A stretch of 64,000 nt of DNA from Bugula neritina (Eukaryota > Animalia > Bryozoa), in the NCBI GenBank assembly GCA_964035545.1, contig OZ037772.1, forward strand, positions 12,832,818-12,896,817. Direction: 5' to 3'. How positions within the stretch are numbered: the first letter of the stretch is position 1; each line of letters starts with the position of its first letter. The notes under the pieces are model-generated. The model was given only the letters and a program-made list of their open reading frames with translations. It was not told the origin of the DNA and ran no database searches. Below, piece after piece: positions 12,901 to 23,100 of the stretch. Position numbers and translations under genes: made by a program.

Positions 12901-15900
12901 ACTCAGTCAGCTATCTGATCGCTGACCCTGTATCGCTGACCCTTCTATCAACCCAAGACATCTACAGCATTGTTTAGTGACAAGATCTTAGTTTGAAATA
13001 TGATCTGCTAGAGCTCATTGTCTGGGAAAGAGTAACATCTGATAATAGAGTTATTGTGATCTGATCACTCAGTATAAACATTGTAATGACAAGTGATACA
13101 ATCAGCTGAAAGAAATGAGGACATACAATATACACAATATACACAATATACACACAAGTGATGAATTCGCTAACCTTTGTTGTCCTCAGTTGTAATTTGA
13201 TATACTTTGTGGTTTGTGGTTTGACTTACTGCATTATTCAGCATCAGTGTGATTCATCTGTCATTGTGAACAAATATTTTGGCAAATAATAAAATATGTT
13301 TCTAAAATGAACCCCTTTTGGAATTTGTAACTCAAAATAAAATGTTTTGTTGTTGAAATCACCCGGATGCACACAACCAATACATACCACTCATAGTTAT
13401 TCAGACTGAGTCTTCCACAGTAGATACTTCTATATCTGCCCTATATTTCACCTGACCTAGTTCTCTCACAATATTTTAGTTATCTAACATTTTGGATGTT
13501 CATTTGGCTGTAAGCCAAAATTTTATCAAAAGTGGCTGCAAACTTAATTCGTTTTATTTTTATTACTGAAAATATGTGAAGTTGTGGTAAACTTAGCAGA
13601 GAGCGGCTGTATGTACTGGTAGAGACGTTACTAATAGCCTGCTTTCCTATTTCTCTGTGCAGCTCAGATCTGGGCGTGGGCCAGCAACACCGGAGGTTAC
13701 GATGTCGAGGCTATGGTGAGGGCAACGAAGGGAACTTCCAGTCTGAACCCTGAGACAAGAGACAAGACGGTGCAGTACCTGGTGAACCAAATGGACCGAG
13801 TGCTCGGCTACAGGAGACCCTCCCGTGCTCAGGTGAGCGGGGCTCTACCCCCCCCTTCCTGCTGTGTATATAGTGGGCTATGCTGTGTATATAATGTGCT
13901 ATGCTGTGTATATAATGTGCTATGCTGTGTATATAATGTGCTATGCTGTGTATATAGTGTGCTATGCTGTGTGTATAGTGTGCTATGCTGTGTATATAGT
14001 GTGCTATGCTGTGTATATAGCAGGGTTGGGGTAATTGTAATTTGTAATTGTAATTGGTTGTAATTAATTACATTTTTTCAAGTAATTGAATGTAATTTGT
14101 AATTGATGTATAAAAATGTAATTGTAATTGTAATTGTAATTAATTACATTGCTAATGTAATTGAATTTTACAATTACTTTATAATTACAGGTCAATTACC
14201 GTAAAATGGGGTAACATTGGCCGTTTTGAGACTTATTTTGGGTGTCATATGAAAGGATTACAATATTCTTTAAAATTTTTGGATGCTAAATGAAGCTTAT
14301 CAACATATGCACTAAATAAAAGAACCATTTGCAGTTTGGGACTGCTAGATCTCCTGTGGTATTAAAAAAAGTAGGTGGCCAAAGTTACCCTATTTTCGGG
14401 GTAACTTTGGCCGGTGTCGTTATTCTCCATGTAGCTAAAGTTAGCAGCACTTGGAGCTTTTTTAGCCAGTTAGAAATTAAAGAACAACATTATTCAACTT
14501 CATTGCTACAAAAAAAAATTATTTTAGACAAAATGCAAGCTATAATAGTGTAATTATTGCATTGAAACCACAGCTATTCGAGGTACATTGTTAATAAGTG
14601 TAAAAACTTTTGTATATGTATAAAAATCATGTATTTTGCTGGCAACATTGAATAAATCACTGTACAAGTTCAAATTCCATTGAATTTAATCTTAAATTCA
14701 AGTATGCCCTTTCAAACTATAGGCTGTGGCAGTTGTCTGTAGATTTTTTAAATAATGCGTAATGTCTTCAGAATTAACTGTTGCCCATTCCGGTGCTATG
14801 TTTTGGCACAACCTGTGAGACAAGCTATCTTTATGTCTTGACATAAAACTGAGACTCCAGTGATCTTGAGGGTAGTTGCTTTTGAAATGTTGCACTCTTC
14901 TCTCACATTTGTCAAAATAGGTCTTGACTATTATTCGAAAGTCTGTTTTATCTAATGGAAAGCCCCATTGAGCCAGCTTTGTAGTAGGTATGGTCAACAA
15001 TGGCTACCTCCTCTACTTGTGATAACACAGTTTGGTGTCCAGGCTTCAGCTTGTGTCTTCATGCGGCTCTGTTTTGTAGTGTTCCTTTGGTAATATCATA
15101 GTTCTAGCCACTTCTTGTCAAGACTTTCCAGCTGCCAATTCTTGAGAATAAAGCAAAACCAATGATCTCCTCAGATATACCATATCTTGGAGATGTTACT
15201 TTTCTTTAATATTTTCTGAGTATAATTGTCTTGAAAAATACATTTTACAATGCATGGTCAAATTCTTATATAAAAAAAAACATTAAACACAAAATTGCTG
15301 TCTGGGAACAAAAATGCATAATTCCCCATGTAATTATTTCATATTTCGGACTCTAAGTTGTTTCAAATATATAACTAAAGCATTGGGTATAGGTAAATCA
15401 AATGATTGTGCCTTTAGAGAGTAATGTACTATGTGTCTGAAGTAACAGAAAATTCGCAGCGCTGCCAGAAACCTACTTTGGAGTACCATTTAGTCATGGC
15501 CAAAGTTACCCCAAATTCGTCAAAAATTGTACACAGTGAATTCAAGACACATATTTTGATTTTGGATTTCAATTTATTTACCTAAATTACAAATATCCTG
15601 GTTAAAAACTTACCAAAGTTCTTTAATACAAAAAAGAAAATGAGTCCAGCTTTTCTAATGCCTTCAAATAGATTAAAGTTGGACAGCGCTGAAAATCTTG
15701 TTGTCAAACAGGAAATTGAAAATGGCTGACAGCAAGAAGCAGCAAATAAGTATATCAATTATTTTTCAGGAATAGGATGCACCAATCTACAGTCAGTGCA
15801 TATATACAATTAAAATATCTTTAGACTCCATAGATATAGCACCAGCTACATTTTAAACATTTTTTCCAAAGTGGCCAAAGTTACCCCAAGTGGCTAAAGT

Positions 15901-18900
15901 TACCCCATTTTACGGTACTTCAAACTTTTAAAGCTTGAAAAAATCATTCTTTTCCTACCATATTTACTGTCAAATAACAAGTTCAGATTAAGTCAATATA
16001 GTATAGGGTCATTCCATGCTAACTCACCACATGGCCGGTGCCTTTGTGTCTCAGAGTTTGTTCATATTTACACCAAATAGGCCTACATATGTCCTGAGTA
16101 CTCTTCTTAAATATTTTTGGCCTGACAGAAAAATTTTGAGAAATGACTAAACTTGTGGACAAAGGTTAGGGAAAACTTTAAGGAAAATTGGTGACTTTTA
16201 CTTTTAGAGCAACTTATAAAATGTCTATATCTCAACCATTTTTCTAGACTAAGTCTTAAAAATTGCTGTGCGATTTGATAATACCTATCAACTTGCACTA
16301 GTAGCAACACATACTACAGAACAATTTGTGTGCATATATGCTAAACCATCAAATATGGGCAGTTTTTTGTAAATTTTGAAAAAATTTTAAATATCCCCCA
16401 CATCAATTTTTAAGGCTCAGTCTAAAAAACCGGTTGAGATATAGACATTTATAAGTTGGTCTAAAAGTAGAAATCACAAACTTTCCTCAAAAGTTTTCCC
16501 AACCTTTGTCCACAAATGTAGTCATTAATTTTCTCAAAAAGTTTTTGTGTTATGTCAGAAATATTCACGAATAGTACACCGGACATGTGTAAATACAAGC
16601 AAAATCTGAGAAGCAAAGGCGTGGGACCCCTCAAAATTTAGTTGATTTGGCATGGACTGACCCTGTAGTGTCACTGTTGGGAACAAAGGAGGTTCACCAC
16701 TGTCAACATTGCCCCTGGTAGTTGGCCTTAGAAGTGACATTGTATAACTTGTAGTTATCCCTTGTGAGAACAAAAGTAATTGTAATTGTAATTAATTACA
16801 TTACCATGTAATTGTAATTGTAATTAATTACATCACCTTTCAACTGTAATTATAATTGTAATTGTAATTGACAAATCTTCATGTAATTGTAATTGTAATT
16901 AATTACATTTACATGTAATTGACCCCAACCCTGGTATATAGTATGCTATGCTGTGTGTATAGTGTGCTATGCTGTGTATATAGTGTGCTATGCTGTGTAT
17001 ATAATGTGCTATGCTGTGTATATAATGTGCTATGCTGTGTATATAGTGTGCTATGCTGTGTGTATAGTGTGCTATGCTGTGTATATAGTGTGCTATGCTG
17101 TGTATATAGTATGCTATGCTGTGTGTATAGTGTGCTATGCTGTGTATATAATGTGCTATGCTGTGTATATAGTGTGCTATGCTGTGTATATAGTGTGCTA
17201 TGCTGTGTATATAGTGTGCTATGCTGTGTATATAGTGTGCTATGCTGTGTATATAGTATGCTATGCTGTGTGTATAGTGTGCTATGCTGCTGTGTATAGT
17301 GTGCTATACTGTGTATATAGTGGGCTATACTGTACTAGTGAGGGATTAGGGGTATTTGCCAGGTTTTCTAAACTCTGCTCTCTTGTTTGTGGGATCAGAG
17401 GCTATCTCTTGTATTATTCATGAAGGCTACATCTGGCTGTAAAGTGAATAAATCACATGACACTGTAAGAGGCATATCCTGTAGGAGATATTTATAGCCC
17501 GGCTATATTCAGTTGGCCCTCTACCAGCATAAATTAAATTATTTTCATTTTTATCTGTAAACTTATGAGTATGATTTATTCCTGTAACAGAAGTGTTTTG
17601 TAAAACTGGAGTTTAGCTCAGAGCCATGTCCATGCCACCCTGGGATATCACGTGATGACACGAGGGCACCTGTAACACGTGTCTAGCTCAAGTGTATAGC
17701 TGTGTGGCACTTTGTACTTTGACCTGACCCTGCAGGTGCCTGCAGTAATGATAGCCAGTGATCCTTGGGTGGTCTAGCAGTGCGAGTGTGGCAGGGGAGG
17801 AGAGGGGGTGCCCGCAGTGTTTCACCAGTGAGAACTTGAACTATGCTTGACCTTTTATAGCTGTGCCTGTGTCAGCAACATGTTTAATGTTGCAAAAGTT
17901 TGCGTAAATATTATTTCTCTGGTGATATTTGGTGACAAGCAGTGACAGTGCTCTGTTTCTTGTCTACATTCTGATGGGAAATCAATTGTATACATTGGGC
18001 CACCACCAACAGCAGCAGTCTGTTACAGTATGTCTGTTACAGGGTAGTGTACAGAGTATGTCTGTATGTTACAGGGTAGTGTACAGAGTATGTATGTATG
18101 TTACAGGGTAGTGTACAGAGTATGTATGTTACAGGGTAGTGTACAGAGTATGTATGTTACAGGGTAGTGTACAGAGTATGTATGTTACAGTGTAGTGTAC
18201 AGAGTATGTATGTTACAGAGTAGTGTACAGAGTATGTATGTTACAGGGTAGTGTACAGAGTATGTATGTTACAGAGTAGTGTACAGAGTATGTATGTTAC
18301 AGGGTAGTGTACAGAGTATGTATGTTACAGGGTAGTGTACAGAGTATGTCTGTTACAGGGTAGTGTACAGAGTATGTCTGTTACAGGGTAGTGTACAGAG
18401 TATGTATGTTACAGGGTAGTGTACAGAGGATGAAGGCCGGATGTGGCAAGAAGTTTGGAATGTTCCTTTTCTTTGCCTACCTGTTCGTCAAGGTACTCTA
18501 TATCATCAACGCTATTGGACTCATCTTTGTCCTGGACACCATGTTAGGTAGGTCAAGGTTAATACCAGCTCGTTACTATCTGTACATTACAGCTCAGAGG
18601 TAGAAGTCTACGGAGAGAATGTATTCTACAGAAATTAGTACGTTTAATTGTACTTGGAGCTACGGGGAATTGTCTTCCCTCTGCAATGTGTGACCTTGTA
18701 GTGTGACCTTGTCAACGTGTAGCGTGGCGTCTGTTAGACTACTGTTAGCTGTTAGTTTGTGTATTTAGTGATAACAAGGTTTACTCTCACTGCTGATTGC
18801 AACCCTTAGAGCTCATAGCAACGCCAAGATATCATTGGCACTCTGTCATGTCAATAACGCCTTTCAATTTTCTCCTTTGGTACAAAAAAAGTGTTTCTCT

Positions 18901-20238
18901 ATCTGTTTTGATGTTTTCTAGCTTCACTCTGATATATTTGTTCCCATTACAGTAATATTGTTACTTTTACCTGCCTTATGCTGCACTAACTCTCTCGTAT
19001 TGTCGTACTGTGGTACTCTAACTCTCTCGTATTGTCGTACTGCGGCACACTAACTCTCTCGTATTGTCGTACTGTGGTACTCTAACTCTCTCGTATTGTC
19101 GTACTGTGGCACACTAACTCTCTCGTATTGTCGTACTGTGGTACTCTAACTCTCTCGTATTGTCGTGTTGCAGGCACAGGGTATCACTACTATGGCACCG
19201 AGATGCTAAAAGCTCTACAGGACCCTAACTTCTCCGGCTCCGTCAGGTTCCCTTACGTCACGATGTGTGACTTCTGGGTGAGACGCATGGGACACAATCA
19301 GCAGCGTTACACCGTCCAGTGCGTGCTGCCGGTCAATCTCTTCAATGAAGTCGTAAGTTGGCAGCTACATGCATTTCCTGTAGTAATGGCAAACTCAGTC
19401 TGTAGAATTTTGTAACAGTGTCGTGGTATTTGATAAGATAACTCCAAAGTGTGTGGGAATAACTTGCCTCTCATGGTTGCTGTGACAGAAAATATAAATG
19501 ACTATAATTCAATGATTGAAGCTGTCGGCTCTCTAAATGGCCGAGTCAGCAATTAGTCAGTGTGCCACCTTCTCTTCTGAAGGTCTTCGTCGTGCTCTGG
19601 TTCTGGCTGGTCTTCCTGTCCGCTGCCAGTATCCTCGGTCTCCTCCTCTGGCTCGTCACCGCTGCCAACCCCGTCAACAGGACCTTCATCAGGAAGTACC
19701 TGAGGATTATGGGAAGACTACAGAGTATGTACACTCCGTGTTTCTGTTAAGACTTGCTTACTGCATTCACCTGCTTTCCTTTTTCAAACCTTTTTTCTCT
19801 TTTAAAAGACATCTTTGTGTAAATATTTTTTATTTTCGGTGAATAAAACATGCTCTGACACGTGGAGTTGTTTTCTCCGTAGCATTATGTCATATCCTGT
19901 TTGATTGCAGCCACAGAGGATGCCGATGACGATATTAATGACTTTATGCACGGATACTTGCGATTGGACGGCGTGTTTTGTATGCGACTCATACTGAAGA
20001 ATACGAACGACGCCATTGGTTAGTAGAGTATACTTTTCTCTCATTGATCTCTCTGCTATATATAGTGTACTCTTCTCTCATTGATCTCTTCACTAGAAAG
20101 TCTCATCATTTGCTTGCTCTCTCAGGTGGAGAGATCATGGCTGCTCTGTGGGATCAATGGCAACAGAGACGCAAGCCTCGCTTTCAGCCAACCACCGACA
20201 ACCTGCTCCCCGGACGTCAAGCCGATGAGGCCGTCTGA
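6930..20238 (+). CDS. inx: Innexin (gap-junction/hemichannel protein), paralog 1; 9 coding exons, 408 aa
   Basis: Exons 6930-7026, 7999-8120, 9764-9926, 13663-13832, 18415-18547, 19174-19352, 19583-19724, 19911-20018, 20126-20238. All introns are GT-AG with compatible phases; total 1227 nt, open frame. Innexin motifs: DDDGFDRLSNRYS, YVGDPIDC, YVDNYCW, NTYYVP, YYQWVPIIL, FPYVTMCDF, RYTVQCVLPVNLFNE, YLRLDGVF. Four extracellular Cys. C-terminus ...QADEAV*. Confidence 0.96.
8125..8320 (+). repeat. CT-rich minisatellite immediately after innexin 1 exon 2 donor
   Basis: Imperfect repeats of ccctcctctatgtaccctcctctctcttac. Confidence 0.8.
12685..12890 (+). repeat. Compound (TCTG)n / gttacctacagt minisatellite
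   Basis: Visible tandem units in innexin 1 intron 3. Confidence 0.8.
13861..14020 (+). repeat. 21-bp minisatellite, left part (split by the hAT insertion)
   Basis: Unit gctgtgtatatagtgtgctat; continues at 16934. Confidence 0.9.
14199..15915 (-). mobile_element. Internally deleted pogo-like (Tc1/mariner superfamily) transposon
   Basis: TIRs ccgtaaaatggggtaac / gttaccccattttacgg. TA TSD (14197-14198, 15916-15917). Repeated internal ggccaaagttacc motifs. Transposase remnant on the minus strand. Confidence 0.85.
14698..15200 (-). pseudogene. pogo/CENP-B-type transposase N-terminal DNA-binding region (HTH_psq + HTH_Tnp_Tc5), DDE domain absent
   Basis: Frameshifted translation YDITKGTLQNR...KPGHQTVLSQVEEVAIV, then LAQWGFPLDKTDFRIIVKTYFDKCERRVQHFKSNYPQDHWSLSFMSRHKDSLSHRLCQNIAPEWATVNSEDITHYLKNL. 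Confidence 0.8.
16006..16663. mobile_element. Foldback MITE nested in the hAT element
   Basis: Terminal IR gggtcattccatgc / gcatggactgaccc (1 mismatch). Long internal inverted arms, about 16130-16265 vs about 16403-16545. Flanks tata/tgta are a possible imperfect 4-bp TSD. Superfamily unassigned. Confidence 0.7.
16934..17333 (+). repeat. 21-bp minisatellite, right part
   Basis: Same unit as 13861-14020; source of the VLCCVYS pseudo-ORFs. Confidence 0.9.
18029..18428 (+). repeat. 28-bp minisatellite x14 duplicating the acceptor and first 14 nt of innexin 1 exon 5
   Basis: Unit tatgtatgttacag|ggtagtgtacagag. Acceptor copies end at 18042, 18074, 18106, then every 28 nt to 18414. Confidence 0.95.
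18986..19166 (+). repeat. 32-bp minisatellite x about 6 containing CTAAC branch-point motif, upstream of innexin 1 exon 6
   Basis: Unit ctaactctctcgtattgtcgtactgtggtact. CTAAC at 18986, 19018, 19050, 19082, 19114, 19146. The unit contains no AG. Confidence 0.9.
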
Positions 20239-21682
20239 TTGGATGATCTTATTCAGCACTCGTAGACAAAAGCCTTCTCAATTTCTCGTCAATACTTAAT
20301 TGTTCCTCCCACACAAGAGACCCTTGACATAGTCCAAACTCATACTTAACCAGTTTTTACTCTCCAGTCCTTGAGACGCCGAGGCTTTAAACCGGGGCCT
20401 GAGACTAGTGTCGTCTGCATGCAGAGTCGGAGTTATCAGGCCCCGCCCACTGCTCACGTACTTATGTAATGATAGCATTTACCTGCAGTATAACTTGTAA
20501 CTTTTGTTGTTGAGGTCAGAGGTCAGGTTTAGTTTATACGCTGAAGCTTTGTGTATTTTAATTTTTATGATATTTTTGCTCCCACTATATATACCCGAAT
20601 ATTCTACTCTCCGTGACTGTCTTTACACCATTTTGTGTCTCCTACTGTACATACTAACGGCGGCAGAGTTGACTTTCTCACTCTCCGTCTATTGGCCCTT
20701 TTACACGCCGAGTGTTGCGTCATTCTGCCGTCTAATATTTTTTACCTCCGAGTCAAGAGAATTGCTACAACAAACTATGCAGCTTCTGGGAACAGGCGGC
20801 CATGTTCTCTGACGTCAACGTGTGCACTAGTTTCACTCAATCTCTTTCCTTCCATCGAAAACTGCAGTGCCGGTTGTCTGAAACCATTGTACACTGAGGC
20901 TATGAGAGCGTGACCTCCGAGTGACCTTTCTTGCCGTATTTACTACAGCTATCCTGATTGGCTAGCTGTAGTAGCCTCTTTTTGATTGGCCTGGGGTCAA
21001 GTATCTGTTACTTTATTGGTAGTGGTTGACATGTATTTTCATTATGTAATATATTCATTCTATCAATACACAATAAAACAATTCAATTGTTATAACTTTC
21101 TGGCTTCTTTCACAGCAAACTGAAGTTGTGTTCTCATCAGATGTTGGAATAAATTCGTTGTAGCATTTCAATAAGTGAATATTTCGGTATTGAAAGTACC
21201 AGAGATGGTTTAGTGTTTCAGGTCTAGCTATAGTGACAGATGTACAACTCATGTTTCTAACACCATTGCTATTGTTCTACAACAGGTAAATTATTGTATA
21301 GTAATATCCACATGTAGTAAAAAGATTAGCCTCATCAGTTCCAAGTTTACTTTCAAGCTAGCCTGGTGATTAAGCTGTATGGTGCAGTAGCTAAGAATAG
21401 CATTGCAATGAAAGTTAGCTATAATTAGTATAAGTTTTATAGTCAAGTCAAAGCTTACTGGAAACATCTGCAAGGGGTAAGAAATCATAAGTTTCAATTC
21501 AGCACTGTGGTAACGAATTTATATTACCTGAGCATGCAACCTTAAAACAGTATGTAGGCTGATCGAGGCCAATACATGGAATAATATTTTAATACTGTGT
21601 AAGTTAAGTGCGTCGGAAGTTCTTGTCTCTATTTTGTATGTTATATCCTCCCTATAGTGTGTATTATAAAAAACTCACCTAA

Positions 21683-21875
21683 GGTTATAGTCACCAGCCT
21701 GGTGAGAAAACCCTGATCGAAAGGTTTTTTGTTGAATCTGGCTAAGGACTTATTCAGATGTGGCACTGCAGCAAACGTGACTGGATGCTCTTCCTAGCAT
21801 CACCAGTTGCCTTTACTGAAGATTAAACCCATGAATTAGTGTTTACTAAGCCAGTCCTAGACCGCTTCTGCTCCC
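21683..21875 (-). mobile_element. tRNA-derived SINE-like element, copy 1
   Basis: Minus strand shows A/B-box-like agcggtctagg ... gggtttaatc. Shares blocks actggcttagtaaaca, gtgatgytaggaagagcatycagt and gggtt(tt)ctcac...actataa with the copy at 31755-31906. Confidence 0.55.
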
Positions 21876-23100
21876 TTTTCTATGGCGGATATTTTATTGC
21901 CTCTATATTATTGTACTCGTATATTACATTTTACAAACTACTATGCTAAGTTAGGGTATTTTTATTAAACAATTGTTTAATTTATCAATAGTACTTAAAT
22001 GCAACTATAAAATAATGTTTTTGTATAAGTATAATGTAATTTAAGGAAAGCTGGACAAGTTAATATAGAGAAATGTTTTTAAACATTAGAATGTTAGTTA
22101 GAGCTATCCTGTAATAATTACTATATGCAATAATATACTTTACTGTTATTAAAGGTAGATTTTTGAATATATTGTAAAGCAGCTTAAGACTTCATATAAG
22201 CTATGCTTAGGTCGGTTGCTAGATTTGTCCACCTATGCTTTACCTCCACCGTAAGACTTGCACCTGGTTGAGCAACGTGCACACTGCTATATATATGGAA
22301 ACGTTTGTCATTAATGCATATCTTAAATAGGTTTTTTTATACTAGAGTTAAACTATATAGAAGTCTGAATAATCAACATATTATGGATACATATTGAGTC
22401 AAATTATGTAATCAAAATCGTATAATTATGAAATCACTTTTTTAAAAAATATAATTGCGTCAAACCTGCATTAGAAGGTTCACTAGAATTTGTATTCAGC
22501 TTACATATAGCAAGTTGATGATTCTGTACTGTTTTTGGTGGTTTGAAATTATATTCTCACAAACTTCTAGATGCTCATTTTTGTAGCAACATCTAGAATT
22601 ATAGGACAGCTATAAACAGAATTCAAAATTTATTCAACTTACTTGTGTTCATTAAAGTAACTTTTTAACTAAAACTCATTATCTTATTGCTATAGTTTCA
22701 TGAATATAAATAAAAACAATTACCTGTTTACTAATATTAGCAGCTATAAGGAACAATATATCTTGAGTTTAATACTAACCAAGTAGTACAGCTGAACATG
22801 CTTTCCCTGCTAATTATAGTGTATAATATAATAACAGCTCATCCATGCAGTTATCAGTCATGAGTTGCCTTTCCCAGTATAAAACTTCTTTAAAAAACTA
22901 CTTTTATGTTTCTATTGGACTCACCAAATTAATAAAATTTCCATTGTGTTTAGCTCGAGTCATTTCCAGCACAAATTTATTTCTTCTATTACAGCAACTG
23001 ATTTCTTCACAGGCAGAAGTAAAGATAAGCCATTTTGTAGAGTTGTCCTGCACGAGGGCACAACTCTACAGCTTATTTTAGCAAATTTTGAGCTCCGAAA

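Larger units (their letters stand above)
14021..16933. mobile_element. Non-autonomous hAT element (outer element of a nested stack) in innexin 1 intron 4
   Basis: TIRs cagggttgggg (14021) / ccccaaccctg (16923-16933). Exact 8-bp TSD gtatatag (14013-14020 and 16934-16941). Subterminal GTAATT arrays at both ends. Confidence 0.85.

Noticed and set aside
16919-17423. Cys-rich VLCCVYS ORFs
   Set aside because: Intronic 21-bp minisatellite; no splice or start support.
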